A stretch of DNA of 64,000 bases from Candidatus Obscuribacteraceae bacterium (GTDB taxonomy: Bacteria > Cyanobacteriota > Vampirovibrionia > Obscuribacterales > Obscuribacteraceae), in contig JBGAHS010000004.1 in assembly GCA_044226015.1 (NCBI GenBank), positions 448,001-512,000 on the forward strand. The letters are read 5' to 3'. Of this stretch, positions 10,315 to 19,320 are shown in pieces. Within the stretch, counting starts at the first letter, position 1. Each line of letters opens with the position of its first letter. The notes below the pieces were generated by a model that saw only the letters and a list, made by a program, of their open reading frames with translations, was not told where the DNA came from and did not search any database. The position numbers and the translations under genes were made by a program.

Positions 10315-12360
10315 CTATTCCTTATGTTTCCCATCCGCCTGCGGCTCCTCATGTTTCGAGTTGGATTCCTGAGTATCAGGTTTCTCGTTTTTCTCATGGC
10401 TGATTTCGTCTGCTAGCTTGAAAGCATCTTGTCCCTTTTGTACTATTTCGCCAGAACCCTTGGCGCCCTCAATCACATGGGGCAGCTTACTGCCAGCATG
10501 CGCTGCTTTTGCAACAGCTGCTTCACCTTCTACTGTTTGGGCAACATTGTTCACTGCATGTGCAGCCGATGTTGTGTTTTCCAGGCAAGCTGCATCGGCT
10601 GCTATCCCTTCTGCGGCGCAAGATGTTGCACTTGCCTCTGTCAACCCTACAGTCACCGCCTCGGCTGCCGGGAGAGACGATTTTGCCAGGTTTATAACAG
10701 AGCCTGCTCCCATAGTAGAGAGGGAAACTACGACCGTAGCGTCTTCAAAAGCCGCTTTCGAAGTGTCTCTTATTAAGAGCTTTCTAGCTGCGCTTATTTC
10801 CTCAGGACTATAGCGTTCTTGATTCCACAATGTATCAAGTTCCCCATGATTGCTGACATCGGATGCTGCTTTCGCTGTTTCAGCGAGACCCATTCCTGCC
10901 GAGGCAACCAAAGCTGTAACTCCGATTCTTACGCCATTAGCGGCAGCAAACTCAAGCAAGCCGGTTCCTGCTGCCACCACTAATGGTGTCGCCGTGCCGG
11001 CTGAACCAACTTCTACCACCGTAGCCAAAGCAATAGCGCTGCCAACTCCAACAACCGTCAAGACAGTCTCTACAGGATGTTCTTGCATTGTGGTTAAGCC
11101 CTGCATCGTCGCATGACCTAGATGTTCCAACATCTCTTTTCCGCCTTCGCCAACGCTTTGCGCAAGAGTCGAACCTATATCGCCTGCATTTCTTGCTTTT
11201 GTCATTACCATATGAACAGCTTCGTTTGTCCGATGTCCGAGCATTATTGCCGAAGGTGCGTTCTCAACGACGACAGATGTAATTCCTTTTTCGACTGTTT
11301 GCACAGCCTTTTCTACTAGATTGTTTCCGGCTTCTGTTGCGGATTTAGCTTGCTCATTTACAGTTTTGCCTAGTTCTGTGGCGCTTTCGGAAACCTGTTG
11401 TCCGATCTTGCCAATTTCTTTGCCGACTTGCTTGACCATGTGCTCAGTTCCATCTTGTACGCGATGTTGCACTTGGCGGGACGATTTCAGAATGTTGCTA
11501 GTGTTTTCTTGAACCTGGTGGGATACATTTCCGATGCCTTCAACTGCATTTTTTTGTAACTGATGGGCGGTTTTGTCCATTTCATTGAGGGCATGACCAG
11601 CACCATTCGCGAATTGATGCAGACCCTTCTCTGTTTGTTTTACCAGGTTGTTGGCACCGTCTGTAATACCGTGTCCAAGGTCATCAGCACCTTTGTTTAG
11701 ATTGTTTGCTGTGTTCTTAACGTTGTTTCCGACCTGGTGTCCGAGTTCCTGTGCAAATTTTTGTGTGCCCTGGGCGACATCTTTCGTGCCTTTTTGGACT
11801 TGCTGAGAAACTTGTTTCTCCGTTTGTTCGAGCTGCTTTGCTAAATGTTCTACTTCTTTTCCGATGCTTTGTCCCAGGCTAAAGACGGACTTAAGTGCTG
11901 TGGAAGCCTTGTCTGCAGGCGATGCATCAGCGATATTTCTTGTTGCGTTGCTTGATTTTTCAGCGTGACCAGCATCCGCTCTTGAGGCGCTTTTTACAGC
12001 ATCTGAATTCAGGTGATCTGAATTCTGATGCTGTGAGTAATCTCTTTTCGCGCTCTGCTTGAGCGCCTCTGCTGAGCTGTTGTGTGAGGACTCTTTGTGA
12101 AGAGCGTTTGGCGAGTCATTATGTTTGGATTTTTCGACTGGAAGCAAGGAGTCTGCGGATTTAAATCCGCTTGCAGTTGCTCCACTCTTTCTGCTTTGAC
12201 GCTTTTCCTGAACCTGGGCAGTGAGCGTTTTGTTGTGCGCTTCCATGTCTTTGGCTGCTTCGGAGCTGGACTTTTTTTCAGCTCGGTCGCCCGCGGAGGT
12301 TTTAGCACTATGGCTCAGTGCTTTCTCGTTATTTTCGCTTTCAGATCCTGCTTTGTTCAT
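10315..12360 (-). CDS. Hypothetical protein: disordered N-terminus, ~11-residue amphipathic repeats, hydrophobic hairpin
   Basis: Long ORF; ATG at 12360 after GGGGCGAGAG; hydrophobic stretch 'VLTVVGVGSAIALATVVEVGSAGTATPLVVAAG'. Confidence 0.7.
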   Translation of the reverse strand: MNKAGSESENNEKALSHSAKTSAGDRAEKKSSSEAAKDMEAHNKTLTAQVQEKRQSRKSGATASGFKSADSLLPVEKSKHNDSPNALHKESSHNSSAEALKQSAKRDYSQHQNSDHLNSDAVKSASRADAGHAEKSSNATRNIADASPADKASTALKSVFSLGQSIGKEVEHLAKQLEQTEKQVSQQVQKGTKDVAQGTQKFAQELGHQVGNNVKNTANNLNKGADDLGHGITDGANNLVKQTEKGLHQFANGAGHALNEMDKTAHQLQKNAVEGIGNVSHQVQENTSNILKSSRQVQHRVQDGTEHMVKQVGKEIGKIGQQVSESATELGKTVNEQAKSATEAGNNLVEKAVQTVEKGITSVVVENAPSAIMLGHRTNEAVHMVMTKARNAGDIGSTLAQSVGEGGKEMLEHLGHATMQGLTTMQEHPVETVLTVVGVGSAIALATVVEVGSAGTATPLVVAAGTGLLEFAAANGVRIGVTALVASAGMGLAETAKAASDVSNHGELDTLWNQERYSPEEISAARKLLIRDTSKAAFEDATVVVSLSTMGAGSVINLAKSSLPAAEAVTVGLTEASATSCAAEGIAADAACLENTTSAAHAVNNVAQTVEGEAAVAKAAHAGSKLPHVIEGAKGSGEIVQKGQDAFKLADEISHEKNEKPDTQESNSKHEEPQADGKHKE

Positions 12361-12566
12361 CTCTCGCCCCAAGAATGAGTCTGCATTAGTCTATATGCCC
12401 GATAACCAGACGGACTAGATTAAGTCAGCTGAATCAGCACATGAAGATTAAACCAGAAGATTCTGAAATTTGTTTGAGAATTTTCAAGACAGGAAGAAAG
12501 GTCCTAGCTGGTACAGCTAGATATGTTGTTGAAGTTCTACGATCTCAATGACCGACCATAATCGAG

Positions 12567-14969
12567 TTAATCGGAAAAGTGAGGGTACTTGTCTCTGGCC
12601 TTGTGAGCGCTTTCAAGAAACTGGAAGGCTGGAGATTTCACTGTGGCTCGCGCTCGTCTGTTTGTATACCAGTTTGATGGCAGGTTATTCGAATACACGT
12701 TGGATAGAAGTTTGATCTGATGTTTACTGATCGCGTTATCCAAACCTTGTTCAACAGCCCACCAGCTATCGAGAATCTGAGGATGTTCTTTCTTTGCCTG
12801 GTTTGTGAATCTCTCCATGATTGACTCTACACTATTGAGGTCTGGGTTCTTTCCGTCGAAAGCGTTCCAGATTTTTGATTCCAACTCGTTAGCTACTTCT
12901 TGCTCAAGACTTTTATTCGCGGTTGTATCATGGAAATCCTCAAGATTTCTGGCAGGTCTGTGGTTTATGAAAAGGTCTCCATCTGCGGCTAGTTCTTCTA
13001 GTGTTGCATCAGTATTTTCTCTTCCTGTCACCATCAGGTAATAGCTGTTCTTACCATTACTTGAGTCATTCCTAACTCCAGCCACGAGCTTTAGGTTTTC
13101 TGGCAGTCGCTTTTGTAATTCCCTTGCAAGTTCTCGTTGCTCATCATTAAAGGGAAGATTGTCTCTGCCATCGAATCGGTCCTTGCTATCGAGCTTGTAC
13201 AAAGGCAGTGGCATGTGGCTCTCAGAAGTGTCGCTTCCTTTGCTCATTTCTGTTATTTTCGTTCTTGAAGAATTCCAGATGTCTTCTGCAATCGTGCTAG
13301 CAAGCTTTCCTTTCTCTGCGTGATATGTATCCAGCCAGATACCCGCACCTTCCTTTTTCCTGTAGCTGCGGTACTCGTTGAGAACATGTGCACAACCCCT
13401 CGCAGCTGCTTCTGGTGTCGCCGTATTTACGCCCAAGTCAGCAAGTGTGTGTTGTTGCCGAGAGTAATTTGACGAGAAGTCCTTCAGGTCTGACTGTGAT
13501 AGCAAGAACTTTCCACTGATTGGCGAGCTTGTGTTTGCATTCTTGTCCATCGACGGAAATGCAGCATGAAGATCTAATGTGGGGAAAGCTTTGGCGCAAG
13601 CCTGCAAGGTGCTCTCAGCTTGTCTTAATTGCTGCGCGCTTGGATTGGAAGGCACCACGTCGCCTTCCCAACTTGAGCTTTGAGCTAAGAGGTCTCTTGC
13701 AAAGTCTTGTTTAGGCTCTGAACTAGCTCTGTCTTTTCGTTCAGCCACCACCCATTCATTCGAAACGCTTGTTTGAATGTCTGCGCGTTTACGAAGTGCT
13801 TCCGCCAGGTACAAATCTTTTCCTGTAAGAGCACCTCCATCCCTCATTGGTGTTACTTTTGTGACGCTTACTCTTTCTTCTCCCTCAGCGAACTGCTTAT
13901 CGATGTTTTGAACAAGATTCGCGGCTGCAGCCTTGTCTTTGGCAATTCCTCTATCGAGTGCTTGTACCTCTTCTCTTGCATCAAGACCTGCTCTACAACT
14001 ACCTTCCACATTTTTCATTACCGCTTCGGAGTACTCGCCAAATTCTGGTTTGAAACCGAAATGGGCTGCTAATTCTTTTCTTGTATGGGTGCCAAACGGC
14101 GTGGTTAGCCAACCCATCACTGATTTTTCCCAGAGCGCAGATTCGCCATAGGTGTTTCGGACTAGGCCAAATCCACTCTGGCATTGCTGTGCTGTTTTGT
14201 CATCGAGCGAGCGTTCTTTGTAATGGTCTTTCCACGAGAGTCGATTTTCATTGACTTTATCTCCTGAGAAAAATCGATTCCACGCATCTCTTCCATTTGC
14301 CAGGGCCTGTGATTCATCATCTTTCTCTTGTGCTCTGAAGCCGGAATGTCGTGACTCGGTTTCGGCTTTTTCTAGTTTGTCTTTTTCCCAGGGCCATAGT
14401 TTCTGGCCAAGGAAAGACCGTTTGTAGAGATCTTCCGCTTCTTTATCACCGCTGAATTTATCGTGTGCGATAAGGTCGGCCATTTCTTCTTTGTGTAAGC
14501 TAAGGTGACTTTCTCCCCATGATGAAAGATAGTCGCGTTCGGCCAGAGTTTTATATTTTGGTTCATGAGGAAACCGTGCTTTTGCAAAAAGGTCAGCGCG
14601 TTCTTCATTTGAAAGGCGAGGTCCCTTGCCTTCGGCTTCTAAGAGCGCTTTTTTCGACAGTGCATGATACTTGTTGTCGTTGCCTGCTTCTTGCGACAGA
14701 GTTAAAATCGCTGACTCTTCTGGAGACAGGCGACCATGCTCCTTTTTCTCTAGAAGCCGCTGAAATGCTGCGTTCTTTGAAAAATCGTCAACTCTATCAG
14801 GATCAGCCTGTGAGTTTCGTCTCGTGCCCAGTAACTGCTCTTGCTGTTTAGAAATCGATTCAAACAATTCATGAAAGATTTTTTGTTCTACGCTTGAAGC
14901 GGCTTTATCAGCTTGGCTTGCTGCTCTTTCTGTTTGCTGCTTCTGCCAATCTTCGTTGCGCTCTACCAT
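12567..14969 (-). CDS. Hypothetical 800-aa protein without signal peptide
   Basis: Long ORF with strong RBS (AAAGGAGAG) before the ATG; no confident family assignment. Confidence 0.75.
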   Translation of the reverse strand: MVERNEDWQKQQTERAASQADKAASSVEQKIFHELFESISKQQEQLLGTRRNSQADPDRVDDFSKNAAFQRLLEKKEHGRLSPEESAILTLSQEAGNDNKYHALSKKALLEAEGKGPRLSNEERADLFAKARFPHEPKYKTLAERDYLSSWGESHLSLHKEEMADLIAHDKFSGDKEAEDLYKRSFLGQKLWPWEKDKLEKAETESRHSGFRAQEKDDESQALANGRDAWNRFFSGDKVNENRLSWKDHYKERSLDDKTAQQCQSGFGLVRNTYGESALWEKSVMGWLTTPFGTHTRKELAAHFGFKPEFGEYSEAVMKNVEGSCRAGLDAREEVQALDRGIAKDKAAAANLVQNIDKQFAEGEERVSVTKVTPMRDGGALTGKDLYLAEALRKRADIQTSVSNEWVVAERKDRASSEPKQDFARDLLAQSSSWEGDVVPSNPSAQQLRQAESTLQACAKAFPTLDLHAAFPSMDKNANTSSPISGKFLLSQSDLKDFSSNYSRQQHTLADLGVNTATPEAAARGCAHVLNEYRSYRKKEGAGIWLDTYHAEKGKLASTIAEDIWNSSRTKITEMSKGSDTSESHMPLPLYKLDSKDRFDGRDNLPFNDEQRELARELQKRLPENLKLVAGVRNDSSNGKNSYYLMVTGRENTDATLEELAADGDLFINHRPARNLEDFHDTTANKSLEQEVANELESKIWNAFDGKNPDLNSVESIMERFTNQAKKEHPQILDSWWAVEQGLDNAISKHQIKLLSNVYSNNLPSNWYTNRRARATVKSPAFQFLESAHKARDKYPHFSD

Positions 14970-15096
14970 TAGATCTCTCCTTTGTTCTCAGAAGAGAGAG
15001 TAAATTGGAAAAAGTAAATTCGAAGTGAATTACCTGCTGTAGATTTCTGTGGCGCGAGTGTTTTCAGGCTGCATTCATTTGCAGTGCGAAATTACT

Positions 15097-15160
15097 GAGA
15101 GCGATCTCACTCTCAGGCGGAGCGATCTCAGGCGGAGCGATCTCAGGCGGAGCGATCTCA
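15097..15160. repeat. Intergenic 15-bp tandem repeat (TCTCAGGCGGAGCGA x3 plus partial copies)
   Basis: Exact units at 15111-15125, 15126-15140 and 15141-15155; partial copies on both sides. Confidence 0.9.
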
Positions 15161-15224
15161 CAGACAGAGTGATCGTTGACCTGTAGAGACTTAATCTTTT
15201 CTCCGCAAAGAAAATCCGTATGTT

Positions 15225-15995
15225 TTACTTGAGCCTTGTCTCGGGAAGAAGAATGAAAGCGCAGACAATATAGCCTAGATAGAGAGCCCCAGCAATTATG
15301 GCAACAAGCTCACGTCCAGAAAAACCATGCCTGGTCAAAAGTCCTGGTTTCTCAACCGCATCCCAGTATTTATTTAGGGCATGTTGTACGAAGGCGGCTG
15401 GAATGGCAGACAATAAGAACAGCAAGTACAATGGACCGTCGAGAAATGATAGGTACGACAGCAAGAACGCTGCCGCAGTAAGGGTTAACGACCAAACCAC
15501 TGGATGTTTCCCTGAGAAATCAGCCTTTTCCTGGAGTTTTGCAATTCCACAAGCTAAGGTGAAGAACAAGTAATCGTTAGCATAGGGAATCAACCAAAAA
15601 ACTGCGCGAATGTGCGGGCTGACATCTTCAAAGCTCTCAAGATGTTTCGGTGAGATTGACTCAAGCAGGCTCATTTTTTGAGTTGCTGGAGCAAGCTGGG
15701 TATTGTCGTCGGGTAGGCGCTCTCTTGATAGCTCCACAGCTACATCTATTTTGTGTGAGTCTGTGTTTGCTCTTGCATGCTTTGCTTTGTGTTCAGCGAG
15801 ATCTCGCCAATTCTTGAAGGCCCAGTAGACCAGATATAGTTTGAAGGTCAGCATCGCCAAAATGAGTACATGCCATACTGGCTGCTTCAAGGACATGCCG
15901 GAGTCTTCTGGGGGTGGCGGAAACGTATTGATGTCGCTGCCCTTTTTGTGCTCTTCTTTGCTGGCTGAAAATGAAGTAATGATCGTAGTACCCAT
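15225..15995 (-). CDS. Hypothetical integral membrane protein (DUF4234-like)
   Basis: 'LAMLTFKLYLVYWAFKNW' and 'FVQHALNKYW' resemble DUF4234-type proteins; several TM segments. Confidence 0.6.
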   Translation of the reverse strand: MGTTIITSFSASKEEHKKGSDINTFPPPPEDSGMSLKQPVWHVLILAMLTFKLYLVYWAFKNWRDLAEHKAKHARANTDSHKIDVAVELSRERLPDDNTQLAPATQKMSLLESISPKHLESFEDVSPHIRAVFWLIPYANDYLFFTLACGIAKLQEKADFSGKHPVVWSLTLTAAAFLLSYLSFLDGPLYLLFLLSAIPAAFVQHALNKYWDAVEKPGLLTRHGFSGRELVAIIAGALYLGYIVCAFILLPETRLK

Positions 15996-16146
15996 GATGT
16001 ATATGCGTGTGCCATGCTGTGGCTAGATTATTCTACTTGCAAACAGCTAATTCTGTTTCCAATAGTGAAAATTGAAGTACACAGAGAAGGCAAGATCGCG
16101 GATAATTTGCAGGTTGATATTTTTCAGGGGTTGCCGGGGGTAAGCC

Positions 16147-16497
16147 ATGGTTAATGCTGTTATGTTAGTTGGACGCGTCGGCAAAGATCCCGAAATGCGT
16201 TATTTTGAGTCGGGTAGAGTTAAGACGACTTTCAGCGTCGCTGTTAACCGTCCTACTAAAGAAAAGGAAACAGATTGGTTTGATGTCGAGCTCTGGGGCA
16301 GACAAGCCGAGGTCGCAGGCGAATATGTTCGCAAAGGCAGTCTGATAGGCGTTGAAGGACGCCTGGATTTCAGCAGCTGGACCGATGATGGCGGCGTGAA
16401 GCACAGCCGTCCTTACGTCCACGGAACCAACTTGCGATTGCTGGGAAGCAAGGGCGACCGTGGTGGCATGGAGCGCTCTCCATCCGATTTTGACTAA
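16147..16497 (+). CDS. ssb: Single-stranded DNA-binding protein
   Basis: 'LVGRVGKDPEMRYFESG', 'TDWFDVELWG', 'YVRKGSLIGVEGRL'; short cyanobacterial-type tail. Confidence 0.95.
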   Translation: MVNAVMLVGRVGKDPEMRYFESGRVKTTFSVAVNRPTKEKETDWFDVELWGRQAEVAGEYVRKGSLIGVEGRLDFSSWTDDGGVKHSRPYVHGTNLRLLGSKGDRGGMERSPSDFD

Positions 16498-16508
16498 GGA
16501 TTTGACCC

Positions 16509-18140
16509 TTGCAAGTCGGGATAATTGATTATTCGATAATCATAGTCTACTTTCTTTTCGTGCTGGGCATCGGCTTTGCTCTCAAAAAGCAGATGGTCAG
16601 CACGGAAGACTTTTTCCTGTCGGGAAGATCTATTCCTAGCTGGATTACTGGGCTGGCGTTCCTGTCAGCAAACCTTGGTGCTATCGAGGTTATGGGGATG
16701 GCTGGGAATGGTGCCGAATACGGTATCATGACCACACACTTCTACTGGGTTGGTGCTATCCCCGCGATGCTCTTCCTGGCTGTGTTTATGATGCCCTTTT
16801 ACTATGGTTCGAGAATCAAGAGCGTTCCCGAATATTTAAAGCTTCGCTTTAACGAAGCAACCCGTGGGTTGAATGCTATTTCATTTGCATTCATGACGGT
16901 GCTGATGTCCGGTATCAATATGTACGCAATGGCGATGGTATTTAACTTGCTATTGCAATGGGATATGAATGCTTCTATCTGGGTGTCGGCAGTAGTTGTT
17001 TTGTCGTACACCGCGCTTGGTGGCTTAACCTCATCAATCTACAACGAGGTTCTGCAATTCTTTTTGATTGTTCTGGGCTTTTTGCCACTCACTCTTATTG
17101 GTCTTACTGATGTTGGTGGTTGGCAGGGACTGGTCAGCAAACTGCCTGATGGCTTTGGCCATCTCTGGGTCAGTACCGGTGTCGGAATGTCGAACCCAAT
17201 GGGAGCTGACTGGATTGCGATAGTAAGTGGTCTGGGATTTGTACTTTCATTCGGCTACTGGTGTACAGACTTTCTTGTGATTCAGAGAGCCCTGGCTGCG
17301 GAAGACTTGCCCGCTGCTCAGCGAACTCCTCTAATTGCGGCCTTTCCTAAGGTTCTGTTTCCAGCAATAACTGTATTGCCAGGTATGATGGCTCTTGCCC
17401 TCTTCCCGCAACTTGGACATTCGCCAGACCCACACTTCAAATATGACATGGCGCTGCCATTGTTGCTCGGCAAGTATTACCCATCTGGAATGCTTGGAAT
17501 AGGTCTTACTGCGATGCTTGCAAGTTTCATGTCGGGTATGGCAGGAAACATCACGGCGTTCAACACCGTGTGGACATACGATATTTACAAGAACTACTTT
17601 GTCAAAAACGCAACTGAAGAACACTACCTTTTAGTAGGCCGTCTTGCGACTGGCGGCGGTATTCTAGTCAGTATCTTCGCGGCTTATGGTGCCATGAACG
17701 CCAGCAGCATTATGGATTATATGCAGGCTATTTTTGGTTTCTTCAATGCACCGTTATTCGCCACATTCCTTCTCGGAATGTTTTGGAAACGGGCAACTCC
17801 GTGGGCTGCCTTCATTGGACTGATGCTTGGTACCCTGACTGCAGCGGTGCACTTCATTCTGTCTGGTTATTACCCAAGCCACGAGCATCCATTGCTTGTA
17901 TATACATCTCCTATGGCGGGCAACTTCTGGCGTGCGTCCTACGCCTGGGTGGTATGCTTTATTGCAACAATCGCGATTTCGTTTGTCACTAAACCGAAAC
18001 CGATTGAAGAGCTAGAAGGTCTTGTCTGGGGCACTGGTGTTAAAACCGAAGTTGCCGCTATGTCCTGGTACAAGAATCCGAAAGTTCTGGCTCTGATTGT
18101 GGGGCTGTTCACGTTGGTTTGCAACCTAGTATTCTGGTGA
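16509..18140 (+). CDS. Sodium:solute symporter (SSS family)
   Basis: 'DFFLSGRS', 'SVPEYLKLRF', 'YWCTDFLVIQRALAA'; about 13 TM segments; TTG start after TAAGGA. Confidence 0.93.
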   Translation: MQVGIIDYSIIIVYFLFVLGIGFALKKQMVSTEDFFLSGRSIPSWITGLAFLSANLGAIEVMGMAGNGAEYGIMTTHFYWVGAIPAMLFLAVFMMPFYYGSRIKSVPEYLKLRFNEATRGLNAISFAFMTVLMSGINMYAMAMVFNLLLQWDMNASIWVSAVVVLSYTALGGLTSSIYNEVLQFFLIVLGFLPLTLIGLTDVGGWQGLVSKLPDGFGHLWVSTGVGMSNPMGADWIAIVSGLGFVLSFGYWCTDFLVIQRALAAEDLPAAQRTPLIAAFPKVLFPAITVLPGMMALALFPQLGHSPDPHFKYDMALPLLLGKYYPSGMLGIGLTAMLASFMSGMAGNITAFNTVWTYDIYKNYFVKNATEEHYLLVGRLATGGGILVSIFAAYGAMNASSIMDYMQAIFGFFNAPLFATFLLGMFWKRATPWAAFIGLMLGTLTAAVHFILSGYYPSHEHPLLVYTSPMAGNFWRASYAWVVCFIATIAISFVTKPKPIEELEGLVWGTGVKTEVAAMSWYKNPKVLALIVGLFTLVCNLVFW

Positions 18141-18143
18141 TAT

Positions 18144-18347
18144 ATGCTTGATTTAAGACAACCAATTGGAGCGTATTTCTTGATCAATGCCGCAATTTTG
18201 ATTGTTGGTGGTTTGATCTCACCACACGACAGCAAGATTGGCACAATGGTTCTCAACCTGAATCTCTGCTGGGGCGCCGTCATGGCTGTTTTCGGTGCTT
18301 TCATGTGGGGACTTTCATTGATGGATAAGAAATCGAAATCTGAATGA
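18144..18347 (+). CDS. Small two-TM protein accompanying the SSS transporter
   Basis: 'MLDLRQPIG...NLNLCWGAVM' two-helix protein starting 3 nt after the symporter stop. Confidence 0.7.
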   Translation: MLDLRQPIGAYFLINAAILIVGGLISPHDSKIGTMVLNLNLCWGAVMAVFGAFMWGLSLMDKKSKSE

Positions 18348-18682
18348 CAGAGTTTTTCGTTTTCAATTTCTTTCCAGTTTTGTTTGTCGAATGCCTGGTG
18401 CTGCGGCTAACGAAGTGGGGCAAAATCTGGACCTGCCTTCTTGATGCGTTGATGATGAATTTTGCATCTTTCGTAGGCTTGATGTTGGGTATTGCTCCTC
18501 CCATAGCCAATTACAGCGCCCTGGGCATCTTGCTTTATTTCATATACTCGACTCTGGTGGAGCTTTTTGTGCTTTGCTTGCTTGAGCGTCAACCAATTAA
18601 ACAAGCGGTTTATTCAGCCTGCTGTGCAAACCTTGCCAGCGTCTTTTATCTGGCTATCGACTATCAGCTTATTTACGCTTAG
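18344..18682 (+). CDS. Hypothetical membrane protein
   Basis: ATGA overlap with the preceding gene; about 4 hydrophobic segments. Confidence 0.65.
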   Translation: MTEFFVFNFFPVLFVECLVLRLTKWGKIWTCLLDALMMNFASFVGLMLGIAPPIANYSALGILLYFIYSTLVELFVLCLLERQPIKQAVYSACCANLASVFYLAIDYQLIYA

Positions 18683-18838
18683 CCCATAATAGATGTCGAT
18701 TACTGCAGGTGTTTCTATTGGCTCAAGAATCGCTCACTGAGCTTTTGAAAATTAGATTTCCTATTGTGCAGGCGCCTATAGCGAATCAAGCAAATGAGCA
18801 GGATTAGTCTATTGCTGACCAGCCACTTCTATTGCTGA

Positions 18839-19018
18839 CTAGCCACCGTAGTCACCGTCTTCCTCTTCATCTTCCTCTCCAAAGAACTCGTCATCATCGG
18901 CGAATTCTTCGTCCTCGCTTTCTTCGTCAGATTCTTCGTCTTCGCTTTCTTCGTCGTCTTCGTCCTTGTAACCTTCGTTTTCCTCGTCGTCGTCACCTGT
19001 ACCAAGAATAATCGACAT
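18839..19018 (-). CDS. Hyperacidic 59-aa microprotein (not in the ORF track)
   Basis: Hand translation MSIILGTGDDDEENEGYKDEDDEESEDEESDEESEDEEFADDDEFFGEEDEEEDGDYGG*; AGGAG RBS 8 nt before the ATG; 35 of 59 residues are D/E. Confidence 0.8.
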   Translation of the reverse strand: MSIILGTGDDDEENEGYKDEDDEESEDEESDEESEDEEFADDDEFFGEEDEEEDGDYGG

Positions 19019-19248
19019 AGACTCAACTCCTAAATTCTGGGGTCAGTAAATGGCAAGCAAGATTCTAAATCACTAGTACCCAAGATTTTGTGCTCTTCGC
19101 ACTTTTTTTGTTCAATTTGCGAAATGATACTAGGATATTATTTTGCCGTTTATTCGGAACAGCACCTTCTTACTAGCCAGAACAATAGATGCTCATGCCC
19201 TGGTTTGCCTTGATGCACTAATCTGAATAATGAAAGTTCTTTTGCTTA

Positions 19249-19288
19249 GCGTCCAGGAGTCAGGCTTTTGTTGCGAGATCCTGGACGC
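19249..19288. other. Stem-loop (GCGTCCAGGA / TCCTGGACGC) just downstream of the 19321..20445 gene
   Basis: 10-bp perfect inverted repeat with a 20-nt loop; no clear U-tract. Confidence 0.55.
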
Positions 19289-19320
19289 ATTATGACAAGA
19301 CAACTGATTGGCTGAGCTGC

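Noticed and set aside
12397..12405. Sigma-28-like -10 element (GCCCGATAA) before the 680-aa gene
   Set aside because: Imperfect, and on the strand opposite to the gene.
15097..15160. Tandem repeat as a CRISPR array or cyanobacterial HIP1 cluster
   Set aside because: Units abut without unique spacers, are only 15 bp, have no cas genes nearby, and contain GCGATCTC rather than HIP1 GCGATCGC.
18829..19026. 65-aa ORF from the track (MSLCRLF...)
   Set aside because: Alternative frame of the acidic microprotein; the 18839..19018 frame has the ATG and a properly spaced AGGAG.
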